This document shows, in pieces, positions 8,767 to 16,910 of a stretch of 18,149 nucleotides of DNA. The position numbers were made by a program, and so were the translations under genes. Source of the DNA: Candidatus Bathyarchaeia archaeon (GTDB lineage Archaea; Thermoproteota; Bathyarchaeia; Bathyarchaeales; Bathycorpusculaceae). Location of the stretch: positions 1 through 18,149 of the forward strand of contig JBEKKX010000043.1 in NCBI GenBank assembly GCA_050010515.1, in the 5' to 3' direction. A model generated the notes under the pieces. That model did not search any database. It was not told where the DNA came from and saw only the letters and a list, made by a program, of their open reading frames with translations. Within the stretch, counting starts at the first letter, position 1; each line of letters starts with the position of its first letter.

Positions 8767-8791
8767 GGGGTTTGAATCCCCTTCAGCGCCA
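8767..8791 (+). other. Degenerate 3' tRNA fragment (possible att site)
   Basis: GGGG-TTTGAAT-CCCC T-arm-like hairpin followed by TTCAGCGCCA; no tRNA 5' half upstream. Confidence 0.5.
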
Positions 8792-8850
8792 CTTGAAAAG
8801 ATTAAGCATGTTTTCTAAAAAATGGGCAATGAAGGATGCGGTGGTATCTT

Positions 8851-8967
8851 AGAGCATTTAGGGTTTGCTGAGGCTCTGGAACACTTTTAAGGAGAAAAGA
8901 ATGAAGCTTGCTAAAGGCTATTGCTTTTCGTGAATTTAACCAGAGCCTTCTCAGCCCCATCTACTCT
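8851..8967. repeat. Long imperfect inverted repeat
   Basis: agagcatttagggtttgctgaggctctgg (8851-8879) pairs with ccagagccttctcagccccatctactct (8940-8967). Confidence 0.7.
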
Positions 8968-9054
8968 TTCTTCTCTGTATTTTCTCTTATGCCTTTGATT
9001 TTGATTGTTTTTTAAGACTAAAAAAGGGGAAAGTAAAGGGGTTCATTCCCTTAC

Positions 9055-11649
9055 CTATGGTCGTTTTCTGAGCATCAGCATTGCCAGTATAACGCCGATT
9101 ATGATTATCACAACTATTGCAGCAACGATCCCAATAGTTAGGGCTGACATTGTTGCTAGGCCTGTTACAGGTGCAGCTGTTGGCGCTGGTGTTGCCGATG
9201 CTTGTTGTACAGTGCAGTAAGTTGTTGAGGTTGAGCCATAGTAGGAATTGGTTCCGCTGAATGTGGCTGTGATATGGTAGGTTCCTGGGACTGATGGAGG
9301 CGTCCATGAGAAGCCGTAGTTGCCGGAGGTGTCGGTTGTAGTTGTACCAAGGGTGATAAAGTTGTGGTTGGGGTCAATGGCTGTTAGGGTAACTTGGACG
9401 CCGGTCGTGTTTGTTGGCATTGGTTGCTGTTCGTAAACGTATTCCATAAACTGAGTCATGCTTGCGTCAGATACGCATGGTAAGCCGTTGGGGAAGTTTG
9501 CTGCTACTGCGTTTTGTTGTGAGCCCGCAGAGATGTCCATTACTGAACCCGTTATCGTCACTGGTGTAGCAGTTGTAACGCCAACTTGAGGTGCTGTAAC
9601 AGTTGTTTTGCTTGGTCCCATGCCATAGGCATATATCTGGTTGTCGTAGCCGTTTAGAGCCATGAGGATGCCATCTGAAACGGGCGTAATGCCTTCGTAA
9701 AATGAAGTTATGCTCCAGAGTTCAGTTCCAGAAGTAGCGTTTACACAGTAAAGTTGTGCTCCTCTGAACACGGGGTCACCATGAGTGTCACCAGTTTGCA
9801 AGTAGATTTTTCCGTCAGCAACGGTCATAGAAGTGCCTTCAAACGGATAGTAACTGAAACCGGGGAAATCCACTCCACTACTAATTCCTTTAAAATCCCA
9901 CAATTTCTGGCCAGTTGTGAGATTAAAGGCGTGAACCCCATCCGCGGCAAATCCATATAGGATTCCATAAGCAATTTGGGATGACGACGCGGATCCTTCT
10001 GAACCCCAAGGATCAGTATCCGATGCAGTTGGACCCCACAGCTTAGCGCCAGTGTTAGCATTATAGGCGTACCACTGCTCACTTAAGGAGTCGTATGCTG
10101 TGAATATGCCGTCAGCCATTGGTCCCAGACTGTAGTCGAATCCTGTTGTGGGTCCAGATGGCAGTGTTACTTTTTGAATCCATAGTTGTTGCCCTGTTGT
10201 TGCGCTATAACCTATTTCTGTTGTAGAGCTCTGTGGCGCAAAATAGCTAAATACTCCCGACAATGTGCTTGCAAGTACTATTCCTGAATTGACGTCTGCT
10301 ATTGCCTCACCTGGGTAAGTTTGAACCGTAACGTTCCATTGTACTCCTGTATTCCAGTTAAGAATCGCTCCAATTGGCGGACTCCAGACCCAAGAGTTTG
10401 AACTAAACAGTGGGATCGGCGGGGTATAGCGTCCGAACGTTCCGATGCAAAGAGACGAGTTCCACATAGCTATCCAATTAGTCCCAATGATATAGTCCAG
10501 CAGTTCACCACTAGGTCCTTCGACAGTTGTGCCGCCGGTTATTGCATTTGCAACTTGTAATATCCGGTTTCCTGTGTTAGCGTCATACATATCCCACGTA
10601 GTTGTGCCAGTAAACCACAAGTAGGGAAAGCCTCCTTCCATGTTAGGCGACAGATAGTTATACACTTGACCTATCGAAATCCCTGGATAAGCCCAACCTG
10701 TCACTAAACCGCCCATAGGTTGGTACACTGGTTCAGTGCTGTTTTGCCACCATAACGTTTGTCCCGTACGCAAATCTACAGCATAAAATCCTTCTCTGGG
10801 ATTCGTAGGAGCATTATAATAGAGTACGCCATTGATGATTATTGGTGGTTGGAACTCTGTTTGATATGTCTTTCCAGTAAAGTAGTTACTTGTACCGGTT
10901 CCGCCGAACTCTCCTCCGATTAAGCCTCCAGCCTCCAATGGCTTAGTCCACATTATATGAGCACTATTAGGCGCGGTAGTCCACGCGTTAAAGTTTCCAG
11001 TCGCGTTGTAATTTGTTGATCCAAAAGTGGATGCACCTAATGCCAGCCAATTTCCTGAAATTGTGTACCATGCTTGATTTTGAGAATTTATCGGGCGAGT
11101 CCAGTAGGTTGTTGGAAGCGGAGCTTGAGGCGTTGTTGTTGCTGCTTGCTGTTGCACCGTAAGGATTGCCGTGGAACTGCTTGCTGCATAATAACTGTCA
11201 ACCGGTGCCATCGTTAGTGGACTGATTCCAGTTACGTGCTGTCCTGGAAAAGTGAACTTAAAGGTGTAGTTGCCGAGTTGATTAGGAGTGTAGGTTGTGA
11301 CCGCGAATGAAGCATCATTAGCTGTGAAAGGCCCTAGCGTTAGAGTGGTTCCGTCAGGCTTTGTGACCGCTATTGTAAAACCTGCCCATCTACCACCAAT
11401 TAAACCAGTTGCAGTCGGATTGGGCTGCCCTAACCACATCTCTATGGTTACCTGCTGATTGATTCCTGCAGGGCTTGGCGAAAGAGCAATAAAGGCATTC
11501 GTCGGAAGAGGAGAAGCTGCAGTCTGCGCTTTTGAAGTTGGAATAGCCGCCATTATTCCGGAAACTGTCAACAGCAGAATCAAAGCAATTGAAAATAGTG
11601 TCTGTTTTCCATGAATTTTAGCATTCTTTCTAATGAAGTTGATAGACAT
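9055..11649 (-). CDS. Large secreted PQQ-like beta-propeller repeat surface protein
   Basis: Signal peptide, repeated (A/C)xDxxTGxxLW-type blade motifs, Ig-like flanks, C-terminal TM + RKRP. ATG 11649 preferred over the TTG at 11715. Confidence 0.9.
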   Translation of the reverse strand: MSINFIRKNAKIHGKQTLFSIALILLLTVSGIMAAIPTSKAQTAASPLPTNAFIALSPSPAGINQQVTIEMWLGQPNPTATGLIGGRWAGFTIAVTKPDGTTLTLGPFTANDASFAVTTYTPNQLGNYTFKFTFPGQHVTGISPLTMAPVDSYYAASSSTAILTVQQQAATTTPQAPLPTTYWTRPINSQNQAWYTISGNWLALGASTFGSTNYNATGNFNAWTTAPNSAHIMWTKPLEAGGLIGGEFGGTGTSNYFTGKTYQTEFQPPIIINGVLYYNAPTNPREGFYAVDLRTGQTLWWQNSTEPVYQPMGGLVTGWAYPGISIGQVYNYLSPNMEGGFPYLWFTGTTTWDMYDANTGNRILQVANAITGGTTVEGPSGELLDYIIGTNWIAMWNSSLCIGTFGRYTPPIPLFSSNSWVWSPPIGAILNWNTGVQWNVTVQTYPGEAIADVNSGIVLASTLSGVFSYFAPQSSTTEIGYSATTGQQLWIQKVTLPSGPTTGFDYSLGPMADGIFTAYDSLSEQWYAYNANTGAKLWGPTASDTDPWGSEGSASSSQIAYGILYGFAADGVHAFNLTTGQKLWDFKGISSGVDFPGFSYYPFEGTSMTVADGKIYLQTGDTHGDPVFRGAQLYCVNATSGTELWSITSFYEGITPVSDGILMALNGYDNQIYAYGMGPSKTTVTAPQVGVTTATPVTITGSVMDISAGSQQNAVAANFPNGLPCVSDASMTQFMEYVYEQQPMPTNTTGVQVTLTAIDPNHNFITLGTTTTDTSGNYGFSWTPPSVPGTYHITATFSGTNSYYGSTSTTYCTVQQASATPAPTAAPVTGLATMSALTIGIVAAIVVIIIIGVILAMLMLRKRP

Positions 11650-11798
11650 TTTCTTTTTTTCTCCTTTATTCTTGTAAGCATCGAATTGTAGGTTATTGCA
11701 TTTAAAAAGTGGCAAGAAAGCCCCTTGCTTTCAGAAAAATTTAAAACTGCACCAGCCTTAAATGTATATAGGCAATATGGGGCATATTGGGGAGGGGG

Positions 11799-12590
11799 AT
11801 GATGCTTCAGGGTGAAGATGTTCAGACTCTTAGAGGATTTGGGCTCACATTTCTCCAGGCAAAGGTTTACCTCACCTTAGTTAAAACGGGTAATAGTACA
11901 GTTAAAAAGATTGCAGAAAAGACAAATATAGCTCGGCAAGAAGCCCAGCGAGTCGCTGCTGAACTGCAAAGTCTAGGTTTAGTAGAAAAATTGCTCGTCA
12001 ATCCAACAGAGTTTGGGTCAGTTCCCATAAACGATGCTGTTACGTTTCTGCTTGAACGTAGAGAAAAGGCATCTTTGGAGCTTGAGCAGAAGGCAAACAT
12101 GCTGCTCAAGAACTTCGCAAACAGTCAAGTGGAAAGCCCACATGAAGGAAAGAAGGTTCACTTTGTTATTACAAGCGGGAAGGAAGCTATCATAAGAAAG
12201 TCAAGAATGGTGGTGGATGGAACAAAAGAGTCATGCGACCTTATCAATGGTTTATGGGCAAATGTCGGTTACGCCAGCTCCCTTTTCAAAGAGCAAAACA
12301 TTCAAGCGCTAGAAAGACATGTAAAAATCCGAATTGTGGCAGAGAAACTTCCTGAGGAACAATCCGTTCAGGAAATCTATAAACATTCCATTGCGTCTCA
12401 GAATTTCGAGATCAAGTTTGTTTCATCTTCGCTACCAGCGATAATTGGTATATACGATAAAAAAGAACTGCTTGTCTACTCGTCGCCTGAAAAACTCGTA
12501 GGTGACTCTCCTATGCTGTGGACGGATAGTCCCTCCCTCATAGCGGCAGTCCAGACTTATTTCAACAAACTATGGGAACAAGCGGGTTAG
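11799..12590 (+). CDS. TrmB family transcriptional regulator
   Basis: FGLTFLQAKVYLTLV wHTH N-terminus and TrmB-type C-terminal domain (IYDKKE...YFNKLWE). Start codon uncertain among 11787, 11799 and 11802. Confidence 0.9.
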   Translation: MMLQGEDVQTLRGFGLTFLQAKVYLTLVKTGNSTVKKIAEKTNIARQEAQRVAAELQSLGLVEKLLVNPTEFGSVPINDAVTFLLERREKASLELEQKANMLLKNFANSQVESPHEGKKVHFVITSGKEAIIRKSRMVVDGTKESCDLINGLWANVGYASSLFKEQNIQALERHVKIRIVAEKLPEEQSVQEIYKHSIASQNFEIKFVSSSLPAIIGIYDKKELLVYSSPEKLVGDSPMLWTDSPSLIAAVQTYFNKLWEQAG

Positions 12591-12855
12591 TTTCTAAATC
12601 GTTATTCTAACAAGAATGTTAAGGTTGTAAGCGACTACTTTAGTCATTAGTTCTTTCCGTTGATTATCTCTTCGAATAGATGACAGCTGAAGACAATTTT
12701 TATTTTTATTGAGCAAGAAGCGTAAATGCTATCGCTCAACAGAGCCCTTTTTGTCACCAACTTACTTATAAAACCTTGCAAATAGGCAAAAAGTGGAAAT
12801 GCAATGGTGACGTCAAATATTAAACCTTTAGTTGTTGTGCTTTCGACTGTGGGTT

Positions 12856-13199
12856 CTATCAAACACAGGCAGAGAAATCACTAAGGGAATTGTTGATGTT
12901 AAAGGCGACAGCGCAGAAAGCGTGAAAACTTTAGCTGTGCGCAATGGTGAAAAAAAGCTGCCATTGCAGCCGCAGTTTTTTACATCACTGCAGTAGCTTT
13001 GACGCCTGTTACTTGGCTTTTAGGTTTGGTATCAATCTGGTTTGTGCCGTTTGTTCTGGTTACTGACTGCGGGCTTGTAGCCTCTTCAGCGCTTTTGCTT
13101 AAGGATTATTCGCGTGACAATTCTAGGCGAATAAAAAACATGGTTCTTTTATGGTTCATTTTTGGGTTGTTAGCATACATTTTTGGCACTTTCAAGTGA
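12856..13199 (+). pseudogene. 3' remnant of UbiA-family prenyltransferase (DGGGP-synthase-like), 5'-truncated and frameshifted
   Basis: LSNTGREITKGIVDVKGDSAESVKTLAVRNGEK matches the second Asp-rich UbiA motif. A -1 shift at the A7 run 12950-12956 leads into the frame of ORF 12999-13199 (TM helices). In-frame TAG at 12829 upstream. Confidence 0.8.
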
Positions 13200-13290
13200 A
13201 AAACGCGCCGTTATTTTGAACATATATACGTGCATGTTAGCAACAATTAAATCCCCATTATGTTGCATCATCATTCAAGAAGATGTTAAC

Positions 13291-13944
13291 ATGTCTGAAA
13301 ATTTCGCTAAAAAATGGGAACCAAAAAGAGAAGAAGAATCATTCAGTAGCGCATTACACAACACAATTACGCCGCCGCCACCACTAAAGACAGCCTTAGA
13401 CTTAGCCGTCAGAAAACTTGACTTGCAAATTAACAAGCTTGACCAGGCAAATGAACGCTTCACAGAGAAAGACAGGGCTCTATTCGCTAAATTAGTAAAC
13501 GCTTATACTCAACATGATACGGCACACGCTAACATTTACGCTACCGAACTAGCTGAAGTACGCAAAATGTCAAAACTTGTCATGAACGCAAGACTTGCAT
13601 TAGACCAAGTATCGCTGCGCATAAAGACAGTAACCGAGCTAGGAGACGTCATTTCCGCACTGGGACCATGCATCGGAGTACTACGCAGCGTCAGCACTGG
13701 ATTATGCGGTGTTTTGCCTGAAGCCGAAAACGAACTGGGCGACATCGGCAACATGCTGAGCGGTTTAATGTTTGAAGCAGGAACAAGCAGTGGAATGTCA
13801 CTAAACTTCAACTCCGTAAACGAAGACGCAGAAAAAATCCTTGCTGAAGCAGCAACCGTTGCAGAACAAAGAGTCAGCTCGAACTTCCCTGATTTGCCTC
13901 CTGGAATGCCAGCTGGCGCAGCAAGCAACAAATCAAAAACTTAA
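13291..13944 (+). CDS. cdvB: ESCRT-III / Snf7 family protein (CdvB-like)
   Basis: Helical hairpin with ANIYATELAEVRKM...LDQVSLRIKTVTELGD, EDAEKILAEA, and a Pro-rich FPDLPP tail. ATG at 13291. Confidence 0.88.
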   Translation: MSENFAKKWEPKREEESFSSALHNTITPPPPLKTALDLAVRKLDLQINKLDQANERFTEKDRALFAKLVNAYTQHDTAHANIYATELAEVRKMSKLVMNARLALDQVSLRIKTVTELGDVISALGPCIGVLRSVSTGLCGVLPEAENELGDIGNMLSGLMFEAGTSSGMSLNFNSVNEDAEKILAEAATVAEQRVSSNFPDLPPGMPAGAASNKSKT

Positions 13945-14213
13945 GGCAAAGTATCTTCTTCTCTTAGCCTCTTCTTTTTTTCTTATTCCTAACTTAGTTA
14001 GCTTAAGCAATCATGTATTGAGGCAATTATTACGCACATTAGAGCTCTGAACAATTGAGCAATTAACAAGTACCTTTTTTACTAGCACAGTTATCACCAG
14101 GAACATTTGAGCATACCTCTTTGAGGTACATGGTAGAGGTAGAAGCTTAGAATATTGTTATAATCTTAGATCCTTGGTTACTCGTGATATTTAGGTAAGT
14201 ATTCATGGATAAT

Positions 14214-14242
14214 AAATCTTAAATCTGGATAACTTAGAATAG
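14214..14242 (+). promoter_or_regulatory. Cassette motif copy F
   Basis: AAATCTTAAATCTGGATAACTTAGAATAG upstream of ATG 14268. Confidence 0.7.
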
Positions 14243-14267
14243 TCCAAACAATGGTGAAACATCAGAT

Positions 14268-14486
14268 ATGAATAATAAAATTTTTGCCATGTTTCTATTG
14301 ATTGGCGGTTTAGTTCTCTTACTTGTCGGCGTTGCGATTGCGATATCCTCAATGAACCAAGCGATAGAAAGCCCATTCATTACAAATGTTAACAGTACTT
14401 GGAATACTGAAGCAGTGGCTATTCTATTAGCAGCAATTGGAGCTATTCTAATTCTTTTTGGAATTTTGATTCTTTTTAGAAGCTGA
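14268..14486 (+). CDS. Small two-TM membrane protein
   Basis: 72 aa with two hydrophobic helices, preceded by motif F. Confidence 0.75.
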   Translation: MNNKIFAMFLLIGGLVLLLVGVAIAISSMNQAIESPFITNVNSTWNTEAVAILLAAIGAILILFGILILFRS

Positions 14487-14514
14487 TTTTCATTTCATCA
14501 ATCTATCAAAGCAT

Positions 14515-14763
14515 TTGGAAACCATCAAAAAAACGGTCCTTAGACTCGACCCGAAAGCACAAACCTACCTGTTCGGCTCAACCGCAGAGAAAGAACACAG
14601 CTACTCAAGCGACATAGACATCCTCATAATCACAAACCTGCCTCCAGCAAAGATACACTGCGAGATGTGGAAAGCTGGAATAAAAGAGCCATTCGAAATA
14701 CATGTACACTCACCTAAAGAAGCCTATTTTTTCAAAAAAAGAGCAAAACTCGTAAAAATATAG
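14515..14763 (+). CDS. Minimal nucleotidyltransferase (MNT), probably N-terminally truncated
   Basis: YLFGS...SDIDILI motif. No ATG start; the frame stays open back to the previous gene's stop. Confidence 0.8.
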   Translation: METIKKTVLRLDPKAQTYLFGSTAEKEHSYSSDIDILIITNLPPAKIHCEMWKAGIKEPFEIHVHSPKEAYFFKKRAKLVKI

Positions 14764-14929
14764 TTTTGTCTCTCCACCTCATTTTTTGAAAGGCGATTTG
14801 GCACTATGCTAAATCTGTTTAGCAAAAATACCTAACTAAAATTGACCTCATCCCTCTTTTCTGAAAGGCTTTTTTCAAGTTGCTTTTTTGGTTTAGGGTT
14901 TGATTTTGCGTTAGGTTGCGGGAAATTTT

Positions 14930-14971
14930 GGGTAATAAAGGGTAATAAAGGGTAAAAAAGGGTAAAAAAGG
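14930..14971 (+). repeat. 10-bp tandem repeat (GGGTAAWAAA)x4
   Basis: GGGTAATAAA GGGTAATAAA GGGTAAAAAA GGGTAAAAAA GG. Confidence 0.9.
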
Positions 14972-15116
14972 TGTGCGCTGGCAACATAGGATTTTTTATG
15001 TTGAATAATTCCAAGGTGGGTTGTTGAGCCAATGGTAAACGTTAACCCTTTTTGTAAGGGTCGTTTGATTGCGAAGGATTTATAGTTTACATTGTATATT
15101 TTATTAACTGACCTTT

Positions 15117-15566
15117 ATGGCTGAGAAAACAGTTTCAATTCTTAAAGCGTTGGGCAACCCGAACAAAGCCAAGATAATTGCTCACTTGGCTAAGCACAAA
15201 GGAGAGACTGCTGAAGACGTCGGGAAACATTTAGGCTATCCTCTACCAACCGTCTACAAGTATCTGCGGGAGCTTGAGGCGGCAAGAGCCGTCGAGAGCG
15301 AAGCCAAGGGTAACACGAGAGTGTATTTTGCGGGGGACTTCAAGCTTGAGGTTTCGCCTGAGAAGTTGATGGAGGCGTTCGAGGCAAAGACGATGACAAA
15401 TCTCTACATAGGCAGATTTGGGGATAAGGGCATGACTAGGTTTAACGAAGTTGCAACTAAGGTGAAGGCTGGAAGGATGACCTTCAGACAAGCAGCCGCG
15501 ACTCTGGGAATAACCTATTACGAGTTTGTCTCACTTCTTGATGAAGCCGGCGCATTTGATGCCTAG
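15117..15566 (+). CDS. ArsR-like wHTH protein with UPF0175-like C-terminus; probable antitoxin
   Basis: ILKALGNPNKAKII...TVYKYLRELE wHTH; C-terminal MTFRQAAATLGITYYEFVSLL; overlaps the PIN gene. Confidence 0.75.
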   Translation: MAEKTVSILKALGNPNKAKIIAHLAKHKGETAEDVGKHLGYPLPTVYKYLRELEAARAVESEAKGNTRVYFAGDFKLEVSPEKLMEAFEAKTMTNLYIGRFGDKGMTRFNEVATKVKAGRMTFRQAAATLGITYYEFVSLLDEAGAFDA

Positions 15567-16056
15567 CTATCTTGTGGTAGATTCATCAATTGTCATATTC
15601 TTTGATAGAAAAGGGAAACTGGAAGATTTCTTGCGACAGAAAAGGAAAGAAAACTATAATGTTATAATCCCGAAAGCGATAGCAAAGGAAGTCGTTGACG
15701 AACCAAAATGGTTTGCAGAAAAAATGAGAGAAACAGACCCAGAGTCGGCAAACAAAATATTGGATTCTGCCGAAAGGATTAACTCCGCTATTCAGCAAGG
15801 ACTCATTCAAGTTGAAACAGTGAATTATAGAAAATATTCTAAAGTTATCGATAATGTTAGGAAGCACTTGAGTAAGCTAGAGGCGAAGCCCGAATACGCA
15901 CTAAAAAAGGGCGATCCAGAACTTATAGCGCTCGTTATCCAGCTGTATGATGAAGCTAAGGAAAAGGTCTTTGTTGCAGCATTAGATAAGGGGCTGCTAA
16001 AAGCGCTTAAGCCGTTCAGCGACAAAGTAGAATATGAAGTCTTGAAAACGCTTTGA
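15559..16056 (+). CDS. PIN-domain (VapC-like) toxin
   Basis: LVVDSS, IPKAIAKEV, GDPELIA, AALDKGL acidic tetrad; ATG 15559 overlaps the upstream gene end. Confidence 0.85.
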   Translation: MPSYLVVDSSIVIFFDRKGKLEDFLRQKRKENYNVIIPKAIAKEVVDEPKWFAEKMRETDPESANKILDSAERINSAIQQGLIQVETVNYRKYSKVIDNVRKHLSKLEAKPEYALKKGDPELIALVIQLYDEAKEKVFVAALDKGLLKALKPFSDKVEYEVLKTL

Positions 16057-16075
16057 ACATTAGCTTAGAAATTTC

Positions 16076-16288
16076 CCAACCAACGGCACACAATCAAAAT
16101 GGACCTGATAATTGCAGAAAAAGATGTCGTTGCCACATACGCAACCGCCGCCAGAGCCATGGGCTTTGAACCCGTGGAAATCTCTCACATCAGAAGAGCA
16201 TTCGAGAAAGGACTAGGAAACATTAGCAACATAGAAATCAGGCTCTAAGCTTGAAGACGTAAGACAAGTGTTTAAGAGAGGTAAGTAA
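16076..16288 (+). pseudogene. 3' remnant of DUF362-family gene with two frameshifts
   Basis: PTNGT/IKMDLIIAEKDVVATYATAARAMGFEPVEISHIRRAFEKGLGNISNIEI/GSKLEDVRQVFKRGK* resembles the DUF362 C-terminus. Shifts near 16091 and 16240. Confidence 0.75.
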
Positions 16289-16406
16289 CGCCAAGTTGAA
16301 TCCCAAGAATAGGCATAACAGACGATTCTATCGGCGAAAAAACGAAAAAAGAGTTAAAAGTGCAAAGGCAAGATAGCTTAACGCTATAATTGAAGCTTAT
16401 TAAATT

Positions 16407-16910
16407 CTATTTAACCCTCACACGAGTAAAGGTGCGATTGAATTCTTTAATTGTGTCCTCGACTAAATCTCTACATTCACTAGCCTTATTGTGATCAATA
16501 CTATAATTGTTGATTTCTTTATGATGTACAATCTTATTGCGTAATTCTTCAAAAGCCTGTAAGTTTTTCCATCGGTCAGCTTGCTTAAATTCTTTCGCAT
16601 GTATTTGAGAAAAGTATTCGATGAGAAATAGCAGTTTCTTCAAGGTAGATGGTCTTATGCTTATCTCTTTAAACTTTCCATCATCATCAACTGTTAAGTC
16701 TTTTTCCTTTAAAAATAATTTCTCGCTGTCTTTAATTCTGGTTCCCATAGAGAGGCTGTCACACATAGCGTTAACATATGATTCAAAACACATCCAAGCT
16801 AGCAAAGTCGCTGCTACATTGTTATATTCAATTTCTTCGGGATCTAATTTGGCGGTTGGTAAATTTAGGAAATATTTGCTAGCGTTTAGATAAAACTTGT
16901 AAGTCTTCAT
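16407..16910 (-). CDS. HEPN-domain protein (putative RNase effector)
   Basis: AWMCFESYVN plus the Rx4H motif LRNKIVH; TAATG overlap with the upstream gene. Confidence 0.75.
   Translation of the reverse strand: MKTYKFYLNASKYFLNLPTAKLDPEEIEYNNVAATLLAWMCFESYVNAMCDSLSMGTRIKDSEKLFLKEKDLTVDDDGKFKEISIRPSTLKKLLFLIEYFSQIHAKEFKQADRWKNLQAFEELRNKIVHHKEINNYSIDHNKASECRDLVEDTIKEFNRTFTRVRVK

Noticed and set aside
12647-12862. Minus-strand 71-aa ORF
   Set aside because: No motif, and its start lies at the UbiA junction; at best an unidentifiable remnant.
13183-13290. N-terminal extension of cdvB from the TTG at 13183
   Set aside because: It overlaps the upstream remnant and a likely promoter; ATG 13291 gives a typical protein length.
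14114-14128. TACCTC-TTT-GAGGTA hairpin
   Set aside because: Only a 6-bp stem, with no supporting context.
14832-15032. Minus-strand 66-aa ORF
   Set aside because: It runs through the tandem repeat and skewed non-coding DNA; no family features.
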